A DNA stretch of 64,000 nt. Origin: Streptosporangiales bacterium (lineage in GTDB: Bacteria > Actinomycetota > Actinomycetes > Streptosporangiales > WHSR01). The notes under the pieces were generated by a model that saw only the letters and a list, made by a program, of their open reading frames with translations, had not been told where the DNA came from and ran no database searches. Of this stretch, positions 40,603 to 52,176 are shown in pieces (position 1 is the stretch's first letter; every line of letters begins with the position of its first letter). The DNA lies in NCBI GenBank assembly GCA_009379995.1, contig WHSR01000005.1, forward strand, positions 41,429-105,428. Reading direction: 5' to 3'. Made by a program: the position numbers and the translations under genes.

Positions 40603-41325
40603 TCATCGAGCGGCCCGCCCGGGTGGACGGTCCGTCAGCCGAATCACGCTGCCAGCGGCCATGGCGCCCTCGTCGCTGGCGAGGTACGCCGCGTGCGTGC
40701 CCACCTCGTCGGCGGTGAGCCAGTCGGGGCGGCCGTCCGGCCGGTTGCGGGTGATGACCGGACCGAGGTAGAGCACGTTCACCCGGATCGGGCTGCCCCG
40801 CAGCTCCAGAACCAGCGAGCGGAACAGCGCCAACAGGCCGGCGGCCGCGACCGAGACCAGGGACGCGCCGGCAACCGGGACGTCGGCGGCGTCCCCGGTG
40901 ATCATCAGGTACGTGCTCGCGCGCTCCCTCAGCACCGGAACAAACGTCCTGGCCAGCACGAAGTGCGTGGTCAGATTGTCGTCCAGGACCCGTCGCCAGG
41001 TCGCGGTGTCGACGTCGACGAGGTCGCCGCCCTGCCACCAACCACCGACCGAGGCGACCACCGCGTCGAGGTCTCCGGCCTCGTCGAGGGCGCGGTCGCG
41101 GATCTCCGCCGCGCCCTCGACGGTGGAAACGTCGCCCTCCAGGGTCAGCAGGTTCTCTGGGTCGTCCAGCCTGCGGCGAAGGTCGATGAGCCGCTCCGCA
41201 CTGCGGGACGGGACCACAACAGTTGCCCCGCGCTGAAGGAACGCACGCACGATACCCTCGCCCACGGCACCGGCTCCGCCGGCCACCAGTGCCACGCGAT
41301 GCGTCAGATCGATCATGGACGCCAT
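40603..41325 (-). CDS. Atypical short-chain dehydrogenase/reductase
   Basis: ALVAGGAGAVG Rossmann motif, VVASVGGWW; lacks a canonical YxxxK. Confidence 0.82.
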   Translation of the reverse strand: MASMIDLTHRVALVAGGAGAVGEGIVRAFLQRGATVVVPSRSAERLIDLRRRLDDPENLLTLEGDVSTVEGAAEIRDRALDEAGDLDAVVASVGGWWQGGDLVDVDTATWRRVLDDNLTTHFVLARTFVPVLRERASTYLMITGDAADVPVAGASLVSVAAAGLLALFRSLVLELRGSPIRVNVLYLGPVITRNRPDGRPDWLTADEVGTHAAYLASDEGAMAAGSVIRLTDRPPGRAAR

Positions 41326-41392
41326 GCTTCCCTATTGGACACCCCCTGGCCGTGACGAGTCAGGAGAGTCGAGCGAGGAGGAAGAACAAACG

Positions 41393-43078
41393 GTGAGCGA
41401 CGCACGCGAGCCATCGGCGAACCCCCCACGCGGTGAGAACCCGGCGAGCGGGCGGAGAAGCGAACAAAGGAATACCGCGAGCGACGCACGGGAGCAATCG
41501 GCGGGCACCAAATGGTGGCGCGACGCCGTCGTGTACGAGACCTACGTGCGTAGTTTCGCCGACGGGAACGGGGACGGTGTGGGTGACCTTCCCGGGATCC
41601 GGTCTCGGCTGCCGTACCTTCGTGATCTCGGCGTCGACGCGCTCTGGCTGACCCCGTTCTATACCTCGCCGATGGTCGACCACGGGTACGACGTCGCCGA
41701 CTACCGGGACGTCGACCCGCTCTTCGGGACGCTGGAGGACTTCGACGCCCTGCTCACCGAGGCGCATCGGCTGGGGCTGCGTGTCATCATCGACGTCGTA
41801 CCCAACCACACCTCGTCGCGGCATCCATGGTTCCAGGACGCGTTGGCCGCCGCGGCTGGCAGCTCGGCGCGGGAGCGGTACGTCTTCCGCGCCGCGGCCC
41901 CGGACGACCCGGCACCGCCCAACAACTGGACGTCGGCCTTCGGCGGCCCGGCGTGGAGCCGCCTGGAGGGACCGGACGGCCGGCCCGGCGACTGGTACCT
42001 CCATCTGTTCGCGCCCGAGCAGCCCGACCTCAACTGGCGCAATACCGAGGTGCGGCGGGAGTTCGAGGAGATCCTGCGGTTCTGGCTCGACCGAGGCGCC
42101 GACGGCTTCCGCGTCGACGTGGCGATGGGCCTGTTCAAGGCGCAGGGCCTGCCGGACACCACCCACCCGGTCCACCACCCCTCGCAGGAGGGCTTCCGGG
42201 AATCTCCGATCTGGGGCCAGCCCGAGGTACACGACATCTACCGGCGGTGGCGGCAGATCCTGGACTCCTTCCGCGGGCAGCGGATGGCGGTCGCCGAAGC
42301 GTGGACCGCCGGGCCGGAGGATCTCGCCCGCTACGTCCGTTCCGACGAGCTGCATCAGGCGTTCAACTTCTCCTGGCTCAAGGCACCGTGGTCGGCCGCG
42401 GCGTTCCGGGAGGTAATCGACGACTCCCTGGCCGCCACCTCATTGGTCGGCGCGACGACGACGTGGGTGCTATCCAGCCACGACGCTCCCCGGCACGTGA
42501 CACGGTACGGAGGCGGCTCCCTCGGCCTCCGCCGGGCCCGCGCCGCCTTGCTCACCACGCTGGCCCTGCCCGGTTCGGCGTACCTGTACCAGGGCGAAGA
42601 GCTGGGTCTGCCGGAGGTGACCGATCTGCCGGAGGAGGCGCTCCAGGACCCGATCTGGCGGCGCTCCGGGTACACCCAACGCGGCCGCGACGGATGCCGG
42701 GTGCCGATCCCGTGGTCCGGTGCACGCCCCCCGTACGGGTTCTCGCTGGACGGAACGCGACCGTGGTTGCCCATGCCCGAGGACTGGGGGGAGCTATCGG
42801 TGGCGGCCCAGGACCGCGACCCCGACTCCACCCTGTCGTTCTATCGGAGGGCGCTGCGGATACGCCGGGAGCACCCCGCGCTCGGCGACGGCACGCTGCG
42901 TTGGCTCGAGGCGCCCAAGGACACGCTCGTGTTCGCCCGGGATCCGGGGCTGGTGTGTGTGCTCAACTGCGGCGAGAACCCGGTGCGGCTGCCCGACCAT
43001 CGCCGGGTGCTGCTGGCCAGCTCGCCGCTCGACGGCGACCGGCTCTCCGGCAACGGCGCGGTCTGGCTCGCCATGTAG
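41393..43078 (+). CDS. GH13 alpha-glucosidase
   Basis: YVRSFADGNGDG, DVVPNH, DGFRVD, VAEAW, SSHD, RDGCRVP; GAGGAGG RBS before GTG 41393. Confidence 0.92.
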   Translation: MSDAREPSANPPRGENPASGRRSEQRNTASDAREQSAGTKWWRDAVVYETYVRSFADGNGDGVGDLPGIRSRLPYLRDLGVDALWLTPFYTSPMVDHGYDVADYRDVDPLFGTLEDFDALLTEAHRLGLRVIIDVVPNHTSSRHPWFQDALAAAAGSSARERYVFRAAAPDDPAPPNNWTSAFGGPAWSRLEGPDGRPGDWYLHLFAPEQPDLNWRNTEVRREFEEILRFWLDRGADGFRVDVAMGLFKAQGLPDTTHPVHHPSQEGFRESPIWGQPEVHDIYRRWRQILDSFRGQRMAVAEAWTAGPEDLARYVRSDELHQAFNFSWLKAPWSAAAFREVIDDSLAATSLVGATTTWVLSSHDAPRHVTRYGGGSLGLRRARAALLTTLALPGSAYLYQGEELGLPEVTDLPEEALQDPIWRRSGYTQRGRDGCRVPIPWSGARPPYGFSLDGTRPWLPMPEDWGELSVAAQDRDPDSTLSFYRRALRIRREHPALGDGTLRWLEAPKDTLVFARDPGLVCVLNCGENPVRLPDHRRVLLASSPLDGDRLSGNGAVWLAM

Positions 43079-43117
43079 GCGCACTACGACGGATTTGGTC
43101 GTGACCCAAGTGGGGAC

Positions 43118-43545
43118 CTAGGGCTCCAGGTACGTCTCTAGGAAGCCGCGCTCGTCGACGGTGAGGCGGCGTGGGCTGCCGCGCCGGAAGTCGTAGGCCA
43201 CCAGCACCGTCGAGGCGCGCACGTACGTGTGCTCGCCGTCGAGGACCTCGTAGGCCAGGGTGAACTGGGCGGCCCGAACCGCCGTCACCCACATCTCCAC
43301 CCGAACCGGCTCCGGGCGCCACTCCAGGGGCAGCAGATAGTCGACCTCGTGGCGGACCACGAGGATGTGGGCCATGCCCTTCGCACCGCTCTTGACCGCG
43401 TCAACGAAGAGCATGGCCACCCGCGCGTCCTCCAGGTAACGCAGCATCCGGACGTTGTTGACATGCCCGAACGCGTCGAGATCCCCCCAGCTCAGCGGAC
43501 AGGTGTAGACGTATCTGCGGGCCGGGGCGGAGCACCCCTCGGTCA

Positions 43546-43546
<1 letters not shown>
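43118..43546 (-). CDS. Acyl-CoA thioesterase (4HBT/YbgC family)
   Basis: WGDLDAFGHVNNV..LRYLEDAR; coupled to ettA. Confidence 0.9.
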
Positions 43547-45210
<1,664 letters not shown>

Positions 45211-45284
45211 GCCCCAAGGGTAGGGGGTAGCGGGAGCTGATCTGGAACGCCACCGACCGCCCGGCCGAGTTCTCGCCAGATGCG

Positions 45285-46592
45285 TCAGTCGTCCTTGCCT
45301 GCGCCCTCGTCGTCGCTCACCTCGATGGTCGGCGACACGCCGACGCGGTTGCGACCCTGATCCTTCGCGCGGTACAGCGCGAGATCGGCGGCGGCCAGCA
45401 GCTCGATCAGGTCGTCGCCGTCGGTACGCAGCACCGCGACACCTACCGAGATCGTCACGCCGATCAGATCGTCCTCTACGGGTACGGCCATCCGACCGAC
45501 CCGAATCCGAAGCCGCTCGGCCACCCTGCATGCTTCGAGGGCGTCGGCCCCCGGAAGCAGGACGACGAACTCCTCGCCCCCGAAACGGCCGACCAGATCG
45601 GAGTCGCGGAGCTGCGCGCGCAGCGTGTCGGCCACCCACGCGAGCACCTGGTCGCCGACGAGATGACCATGGGTGTCGTTGATCACCTTGAAGTGGTCGA
45701 TGTCGGCGATGAGCATGGCAAGCGGCTCGTCGGTACGCGCCGTGCGCGAGATCTCGGTGTCGGCCTCTCGCTGCCACGCCGCCGCGTTCAGCAGACCCGT
45801 CTTCGCGTCGGTCCGGGCCGCGGCCTGAAGCTGGGCGTGCAGCAGGCTGCGCTGCAACAGGGCCACCGGCGGCAGGGTGAGCAGGAGCAGCGCCGGGGTA
45901 AGCGCGGCCGCGACGGTGACCAAGATGCCGGTGCACAGCTCCACCACGTCGAGCGCGAGGTTCTCGCTCTCCCACAGCAGCTCCCGCCAACTCGTCTCCG
46001 GGACCGCCATGTGCGCGGCGACCGCGACGAGCGTGCTGTTGACGACGGTGAACAACGCGCCGCAGGCGACCGCGGCCGGGATGGCCGCCCGCGCCTCCAT
46101 CACCCACGCAGCGGGGCTGCCCCGCAGCGGCTCCGGCACGACCAGGTGGAAGACGATCGAGGCGACGGCTCCGGCCAACCCGATGGCCGCGGCCGAGAAG
46201 ACCCTCCTGTACAGCACGGTCCGGCGGACCCGGAGCTGGATCAGTGTGTAGAGGATCGCCGGCGCCAGCAGCGCGTACGGCGACGGCAGCAGCAGCGCGA
46301 CCGGGATCCACCACGCCGACAGCATGTCTTTCGACATCCCCGCGGGCATCCCGTGCCGGCGTACGGTCTCGATGCAAACCGCACCGCAGCCCATGAGCGC
46401 GCCGAAGGTGGCGACGTCTTCGAGCCGCAGCGGCAGGCGGGCCAACCCGACGACGCCCACGATGGCGGCCAGGGTCACGACCGCGAGGATGTAGACGACC
46501 AATCGGCCGGGCTGCGCCCACAAGGGCCAGCGCCGCACCGAGCGGATCAGGCTACTTCCCCCGCCCGTGCCCGCGCCGTGCAGTACCGACAT
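45285..46592 (-). CDS. Multi-TM GGDEF diguanylate cyclase
   Basis: About 7 hydrophobic segments, DIDHFK..ND..GH..GD, RDSD I-site, GRFGGEEF, AADLALY.AK. Confidence 0.92.
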   Translation of the reverse strand: MSVLHGAGTGGGSSLIRSVRRWPLWAQPGRLVVYILAVVTLAAIVGVVGLARLPLRLEDVATFGALMGCGAVCIETVRRHGMPAGMSKDMLSAWWIPVALLLPSPYALLAPAILYTLIQLRVRRTVLYRRVFSAAAIGLAGAVASIVFHLVVPEPLRGSPAAWVMEARAAIPAAVACGALFTVVNSTLVAVAAHMAVPETSWRELLWESENLALDVVELCTGILVTVAAALTPALLLLTLPPVALLQRSLLHAQLQAAARTDAKTGLLNAAAWQREADTEISRTARTDEPLAMLIADIDHFKVINDTHGHLVGDQVLAWVADTLRAQLRDSDLVGRFGGEEFVVLLPGADALEACRVAERLRIRVGRMAVPVEDDLIGVTISVGVAVLRTDGDDLIELLAAADLALYRAKDQGRNRVGVSPTIEVSDDEGAGKDD

Positions 46593-46802
46593 GGTCCCCC
46601 TATCGCAGTACCTTGGCCCCGTCACTCAGGTACGTTGCGTGACACTATAGTTGCGAACTGTGCACGGCGGGGCCGACACCGGCGATTTCCCTTTACAGGC
46701 GCGCCCGGCATCGATATGAGAGAAGAAGATCCCCGGGACGCGGTACGATCGCGCTCGGCATTCCGCTCGGATCATGGTCCGGCCAGGCATGAGGGAACAT
46801 CG

Positions 46803-46826
46803 ATGAGAGGCTCTACGTGGACCTAG
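46803..46826 (+). CDS. Candidate micro-ORF MRGSTWT (or a 36-aa form from ATG 46716)
   Basis: GAGGGA SD-like sequence 6 nt before ATG; ATG AGA GGC TCT ACG TGG ACC TAG; divergent from the GGDEF gene. Confidence 0.35.
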   Translation: MRGSTWT

Positions 46827-46891
46827 ACGGCGTCGCTGCGTGGGTGCAGCCCGCAGGACGGGGCCTCTGGGACCCCTAGCGCCGGTCCGCT

Positions 46892-47395
46892 CTAGGCGGC
46901 CGGGCGCTCCTCGGCGCTCTCCGCCGCCACCTCCTCACGTCGTCCGTCCTCGTTCTCCGCGTCGACACGTTCGGTAAGCGCCCAGGCGTCCGCGAGCTCC
47001 TGCGCCGCCTGCCTTTCGGCCATCAGCGACCGCGAGCTCCCCTTCTGGAAGCGGGTCACCCCTCGCGACAGGTCGTGCCCCACAGCGGAGGCTTCGACCT
47101 CTACCGACACCCGCCGCTCGCCGTTGCCGCCCGGGTAGTTGCGCACGCGCAGCCGTCCCGTCACGACGAGGGGATCGCCCTTGCTCACGGATGCAGCGAC
47201 GTTCTCGGCCAGCGCTCGCCAGCAGGACACGGTGAGGTAGAGCGTGGACGCATCTCGCCACTCGCCCAGGGCGCGGTCGTAGCGGCGGGTCGTCGAGGCA
47301 AGGCGCATGGACAGCACGTGGACCCCGCTGTCCAGTTTCACGTGCGCCGGGTCCGTCACCACGTTGCCGACGACGGTGACGTAGGTGTCGTTCAT
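46892..47395 (-). CDS. ssb: Single-stranded DNA-binding protein, SsbB-like paralogue
   Basis: VTVVGNV, CWRALAENV..S..KGD..VVTGRL, VGHDL; lacks an acidic PF tail; downstream of the dynamin-like pair as in Streptomyces. Confidence 0.9.
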   Translation of the reverse strand: MNDTYVTVVGNVVTDPAHVKLDSGVHVLSMRLASTTRRYDRALGEWRDASTLYLTVSCWRALAENVAASVSKGDPLVVTGRLRVRNYPGGNGERRVSVEVEASAVGHDLSRGVTRFQKGSSRSLMAERQAAQELADAWALTERVDAENEDGRREEVAAESAEERPAA

Positions 47396-47486
47396 GGATG
47401 CCTCCCCACTCGAGCGGTGGCCCTGCGCCGCCGCCCGTTCACGCTCCCGCAAGGAGGGGACCCCACGCGACCGCACCGAGGCGACC

Positions 47487-47513
47487 TGTGGATAACCCGG
47501 CCGATGTGGACAG
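47487..47513 (-). promoter_or_regulatory. Two DnaA boxes upstream of ssb
   Basis: TTATCCACA (47487-47495, perfect) and CTGTCCACA (47505-47513) on the minus strand, same orientation. Confidence 0.6.
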
Positions 47514-47547
47514 AGCACGCCGCCTTCCCGCCCCTCTGGGGGAAGCG

Positions 47548-49179
47548 CTACCGGCGGCCCCGGGCGACCACGACGGCGTCGCGGAACCGGGTGTAGCGGT
47601 CCAGTTCGTCGTCGACGGGACGGAAGACCTTCTCCTTCGCGACGGCTTCGATCCGCTTACGCATCGAGGCCTCCGCCCGCTGGCGCCGACGTCGTGCCGA
47701 GGTAACCGCCGCCCGCCGGCACACCACCATCGTGATCAACCCGAGAAGGCCGCATCCACCCATCAGGGCGAGCGGGTAGGGCAGCAACCCGCGGTCGGTC
47801 AGCAGGGGCTGGGAGAGCTCGCCCACCCGAAGGAACGCGAACAGGCCGAGCCCGGCGAGCCAGGCCAGCCCGGCGAGGGCCGCGGCGGCCAGCAGCCACT
47901 GCAGCAGGCGCACGAGGTGCCACCACCTCGGCACCTCGGCGGTGTCGGGAACGGCCTCCCGAAGCGCGTCGCCCAACGCCAGCGGCACGTCGTCCACGTG
48001 CCCGAGGCCGGCCCGCTGCGTCGCCTGCTGCCAGGGCTCCGGAAGCCCTCGCGCGGCCGAGTCCGTCACGCCCTGCAAGGCGCTCTCGACGTCGGCCTGC
48101 TGCGCCGCGATCGCGTCGATGGGCGCGTTGCGCAACTGCTCCCGTACCTCACCCAGCCGGCGCAGCGGGTCCCGGCGTACCCGGCCGACGAGCCGGAGGA
48201 ACGGCCAGTCGACGTACCGCTGGGAGTGCCGTTGGTGGGTATGCTCCACGGCGTCCGCGAGGGCCGGCCCGCCGGCCGCGACCGCCAAGGCGTCGACCAC
48301 TGCCGCGCGCTCCCGGTGGTCCAGGCCGAGCGGAACCTCCAGCGAGCAGGCGGCCTCGAAGCGGTGGACGAGCTGGTCGACGTCGGCACCGAGCCGGTCG
48401 GCGAAGGCCTGCCGGGTCGCCACCGTCTCCCGTAGCAGTTTGAGGAGGTTGTCCATGCCCGCGCCGGTCACGGTGGACGTCGCGAGCGTCCGCGCATTGT
48501 GCAGCCCATCGGTGGCCAGAAGCTCGCGCAGGTGGGTGGCGCACTCCTCCGCATCGCCCGGCTGCAGTCGGTCGACCTGGTTGAGGACTACCACCATCAC
48601 GTCACCGTGGTGCGCCAGCTCCCGGAGATAGCGCTCGTGAATCACGGTGTCGGCGTACTTCTGCGGGTCGACCACCCACACCAGTAGATCCACGACCTCC
48701 ACCAGCCGATCCACCTCGAGGCGATGCGCGTACTTGATCGAGTCGTGGTCGGGAAGGTCCAGGAGTACGAGCCCGTGCAGCGAGCCCTCGTCCCGGTCCA
48801 GGGCGCTCGCCCGGGCGTAGCGGTGCCGTTTTTCGATGCTCAGCCAGTCCAGCAGGGGCCCCACCCCTTCGAGTCCCCACACGCATGCATGGGTGGCTCC
48901 GGTGGTGGGGCGGCGAACCCCGACCGGGGACAGCTCCAGCCCGGAGATCGTGTTGAACAGCGACGACTTGCCGCTGCCGGTGCTGCCCGCCAAGGCGACC
49001 ACCGTGTGTTGGCCGGAAAGCAACAACCGCTCCCCCGCCCGCCACAGGAGGGCGCGGGTGTCCTCCAGCAGCTTGGGGTCGAGCCTTCCCTCGCCGAAAT
49101 CAACGAGCTGCTCAACGGCGTTCAGCCGGGCGGCAAGATCACCCCGCACCGGGCGGTCCAGCACCGACGTCAACATCAT
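47548..49179 (-). CDS. dynB: Dynamin-like GTPase with two C-terminal TM helices (DynB/YfjP-like)
   Basis: GSTGSGKSS, RRPTT, DLPDHDS, DPQKYAD, NQVD. Confidence 0.82.
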   Translation of the reverse strand: MMLTSVLDRPVRGDLAARLNAVEQLVDFGEGRLDPKLLEDTRALLWRAGERLLLSGQHTVVALAGSTGSGKSSLFNTISGLELSPVGVRRPTTGATHACVWGLEGVGPLLDWLSIEKRHRYARASALDRDEGSLHGLVLLDLPDHDSIKYAHRLEVDRLVEVVDLLVWVVDPQKYADTVIHERYLRELAHHGDVMVVVLNQVDRLQPGDAEECATHLRELLATDGLHNARTLATSTVTGAGMDNLLKLLRETVATRQAFADRLGADVDQLVHRFEAACSLEVPLGLDHRERAAVVDALAVAAGGPALADAVEHTHQRHSQRYVDWPFLRLVGRVRRDPLRRLGEVREQLRNAPIDAIAAQQADVESALQGVTDSAARGLPEPWQQATQRAGLGHVDDVPLALGDALREAVPDTAEVPRWWHLVRLLQWLLAAAALAGLAWLAGLGLFAFLRVGELSQPLLTDRGLLPYPLALMGGCGLLGLITMVVCRRAAVTSARRRRQRAEASMRKRIEAVAKEKVFRPVDDELDRYTRFRDAVVVARGRR

Positions 49180-50912
49180 CGTGCGACCTCGAGGGTGTAC
49201 GTGGCCTGGTACAGCTGGACGACGGCGGACTCGTCGGGCACCCCCGCTGCCTCGATGGCCTGGGTGAAGCGGGTTGCTTCCTCTTCGAGAAGCCCGGAGA
49301 CGCGGGCCCGCAGTTCGGTCCGTGTCTTGGTCGCGATGGTGCGCAGCGACTCCGCACCGAAGATGCCGCGCAGCAGCCGCTGCGGCAACGCACTCGGGCT
49401 CGCCGACGCCGCGTCCCCGCCGCTCTGCCCCAGGGCGCCGACCATGAGCAGCAGCGCCAGCGTCTCCGGGTCGAACGACGGGATACGCGCCACCGACCGC
49501 TTGGTGGTTCCCTCGCTCCGTACGAGGTTGACCACGTGCTGCCGCCAGGTGCTGACCGCCTGAGCGGCCCGGTGGGGCAGTTGCGGCGAGGCGTGGGTCA
49601 AGGACTCCGGGGCCGCCGCCAGCAGCCCGGAGCCGGCCGGGTCGGCGCGCCAGCGACCGACGGCGTCCTCCGCTGCGTGCTCGGCACCGGACCTGATGAG
49701 CGAGACCAGCGCGTTCGTCAGCGCGACCTCCAGCGCGCGGTCCTGCTCGGGCGCACCGTGCCGGGGTGCGTGCGCCCGCCGGCGCAGCGGTCGGCGCCCG
49801 GCCTGAAGGGCGCGGTGCAGGTCAGCGGTGGTGACGAAGTCCTGCCACCGGGCGATGACCTCTCCCCGCAGCAGGGACCCGTTGCGGAGGGTCTCGTCGA
49901 TCTCGGCGAGCGCGGCCTCGTACGCGGCGTCGACCCGCTCCCGCAGCGTCTCGGCGACCGAAACCTGGGCCTCCACCTGCTTGGCGAGCGAGGGAACCCT
50001 GGTGCGGAAGCTGTCCAGCACCCCGCGGAGCGTGCCGCGCACAACCGCCGCGCGCCGATCCTCCTCGGTGACGATCTCGGTGAGCCAGGAACGTACCGGC
50101 TCCACCACCTTGCCGCCCAGCATGCCTCCGCTCACCTGCGTCTCGGGCACGACGAAGAGTTCGGCCTCGGCGAGCCCGCCGTCGTCGAGCATGGCCCGAA
50201 GGTGCTCCAAGATCTCCTGGGCCGCGTCCCGCGGCACCCGGTTCAGGGTGACGCCAAGGGTCACTCCCCGCTCGCGCGCCGCATGGAGCAGGTTCCACGG
50301 GATCGCGTCGGCGTAGCGGGCCGCGGTCGTCATGAACACCCACAGGTCGGCCGCGGCCACCAGCTCGTGCGCGAGCTTGTGGTGCGCGCCGACGACCGAG
50401 TCGATGTCCGGGGTGTCCAGCAGCCCAACGCCGCGCGGTACGCCCTCGGCCGCGATGACCGCCAAGGTGCCCTCCCGGCCGGCGGCGTCCCGGACCCTCG
50501 TCAACCCGGGCAGCACGTTCCGGCGCTCGAACCAGGAGGCGTCGTCGGGATGGCAGGCGAGAAAGGGGGCTCGGGTCGTGGGCCGGCGCACCCCCGTGGC
50601 GGTGACCGACGCCCGCGCGAGGCTGTTGACCAGGGTCGATTTCCCGGCCCCCGTCGAGCCGGCGATAACGACCAGCAGCGGCGCGTCGAGCTCACGAAGC
50701 CGCGGCAGAACGTAGTTGTCCAGCTGCCCGAGGATCTCCCGCTGAGCCTCGCGCGCGTCCCCGACACCGGGGGTGTCGAAGACGAAGCGCACGGCCGCCA
50801 CCCGCTCGCGCAGCGTCACCAACGCCGCGTCGAGCAGGGGGCCGGGGCCCTCGTCGACTGCCCGCGGTGTCATAGTCTTCTCGAGCATGCCGTGATCCGG
50901 CGATGACCTCAC
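49176..50912 (-). CDS. dynA: Dynamin-like GTPase (DynA-like)
   Basis: GSTGAGKST, RRPTT, DTPDIDS, TTAARYAD; start uncertain (50912, 50888 or 50873). Confidence 0.82.
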   Translation of the reverse strand: MRSSPDHGMLEKTMTPRAVDEGPGPLLDAALVTLRERVAAVRFVFDTPGVGDAREAQREILGQLDNYVLPRLRELDAPLLVVIAGSTGAGKSTLVNSLARASVTATGVRRPTTRAPFLACHPDDASWFERRNVLPGLTRVRDAAGREGTLAVIAAEGVPRGVGLLDTPDIDSVVGAHHKLAHELVAAADLWVFMTTAARYADAIPWNLLHAARERGVTLGVTLNRVPRDAAQEILEHLRAMLDDGGLAEAELFVVPETQVSGGMLGGKVVEPVRSWLTEIVTEEDRRAAVVRGTLRGVLDSFRTRVPSLAKQVEAQVSVAETLRERVDAAYEAALAEIDETLRNGSLLRGEVIARWQDFVTTADLHRALQAGRRPLRRRAHAPRHGAPEQDRALEVALTNALVSLIRSGAEHAAEDAVGRWRADPAGSGLLAAAPESLTHASPQLPHRAAQAVSTWRQHVVNLVRSEGTTKRSVARIPSFDPETLALLLMVGALGQSGGDAASASPSALPQRLLRGIFGAESLRTIATKTRTELRARVSGLLEEEATRFTQAIEAAGVPDESAVVQLYQATYTLEVAR

Positions 50913-52147
50913 GGAACCTGCCCTATGTCCTCTCGCAGCATCTCGATCTCCCGTGCGACGTGGACGACGTCTCCCACGACGACGATCGCCGGCGGACGGA
51001 CGCCCTGCGCCGCCGTTTCGGCCGGCACCGTGGCCAGCGTCGCATGAAGCGTCCGCTGAGAAGAAAGGGTGCCATCCTGAACAACAGCGACAGGGGTGTC
51101 TGGTTCACGGCCATAGCGCATCAACGTATGTGCAATCGCGTCAATGCGCTCAACTGCCATGAGGAGGACGAGCGTACCGCGCGAACGGCCGAGAGACGTC
51201 CAATCGACTGTGGAACGTGGATCGTCCGGCGTTATATGTGCCGAGACGACGTGAAAATCCTGTACGACACCCCTGTGCGTTACGGGCACGCCCGCCGTCG
51301 CCGGCACCGCTGTCGCGCTGGTCACGCCCGGCACGATCTCGACGGGAATACCCGCCGCCGCGCACGCGAGCACCTCCTCGGCACCCCTACCGAAAACAAA
51401 AGGATCACCGCCCTTGAGTCGCACCACGAAGCGCCCATTCTTGGCGTTCTCGACGAGCAGGGCATTGATGTGCTCCTGGGCGACCGACCGACCATATGGG
51501 ATCTTCGCCGCATCAATGACCTCAACGGAGGGAGCGAGTTCGTCGAGCAGTCCGCGCGGCGCCAGCCGGTCGGCCACCACGACGTCCGCGCGGGCGAGCA
51601 ACCGCCGGCCACGTACCGTGATCAGCTCCGGGTCGCCCGGACCACCGCCCACCAGCGCCACGCCCGGGATCTTGTTCCGCCCCCGCCTGGCCGCGATCGT
51701 ACCGTCGCGCAAGCCTTCGACGACCGCGTCCCGGATGTCCGCCGCGCGCATCGGATCCCCGTCCGCGAGGACGCCAACGGTCACTCCCCCGTCGCGACCG
51801 CTGGCCGGCGTCCAGGCGGCGGAGGCCTCCGCATCGTCGGCCCGCACGCACCAGACGCGATGTGCCTCCGCCTCCGCCGCGACCGCCGAGTTGACCTCCG
51901 GGACGTCGGTACAGGCCTGTACCAGCCAGACGCCGGCGCAGTCCTCTGGCCGCCAGCGCCGCCGCTCCCAGCGCAGCTCGCCCCGTTCCGCGAGATCTTC
52001 GAGGGCGGGTGTTGCGTGCGGCGAGACGAGGACGACCTCCGCGCCGGCCGCCAGGAGCGTCGGGATCCGACGCTGCGCCACCCGGCCGCCGCCGACGACG
52101 AGAACGCGGCGACCGGCGAGGCGTAGCCCCAGAAGGTACGGCGGCAC
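50909..52147 (-). CDS. cobA: Uroporphyrinogen-III C-methyltransferase with N-terminal CysG-like dehydrogenase domain
   Basis: [43 protein letters not shown]. Confidence 0.92.
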   Translation of the reverse strand: MPPYLLGLRLAGRRVLVVGGGRVAQRRIPTLLAAGAEVVLVSPHATPALEDLAERGELRWERRRWRPEDCAGVWLVQACTDVPEVNSAVAAEAEAHRVWCVRADDAEASAAWTPASGRDGGVTVGVLADGDPMRAADIRDAVVEGLRDGTIAARRGRNKIPGVALVGGGPGDPELITVRGRRLLARADVVVADRLAPRGLLDELAPSVEVIDAAKIPYGRSVAQEHINALLVENAKNGRFVVRLKGGDPFVFGRGAEEVLACAAAGIPVEIVPGVTSATAVPATAGVPVTHRGVVQDFHVVSAHITPDDPRSTVDWTSLGRSRGTLVLLMAVERIDAIAHTLMRYGREPDTPVAVVQDGTLSSQRTLHATLATVPAETAAQGVRPPAIVVVGDVVHVAREIEMLREDIGQVP

Positions 52148-52176
52148 CCTGTCCTCGCTCCCCTCTCGTCGCTGGC

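Noticed and set aside
47400-47547. Replication origin at the DnaA boxes
   Set aside because: Only two boxes, no AT-rich unwinding element, and no dnaA or dnaN nearby.
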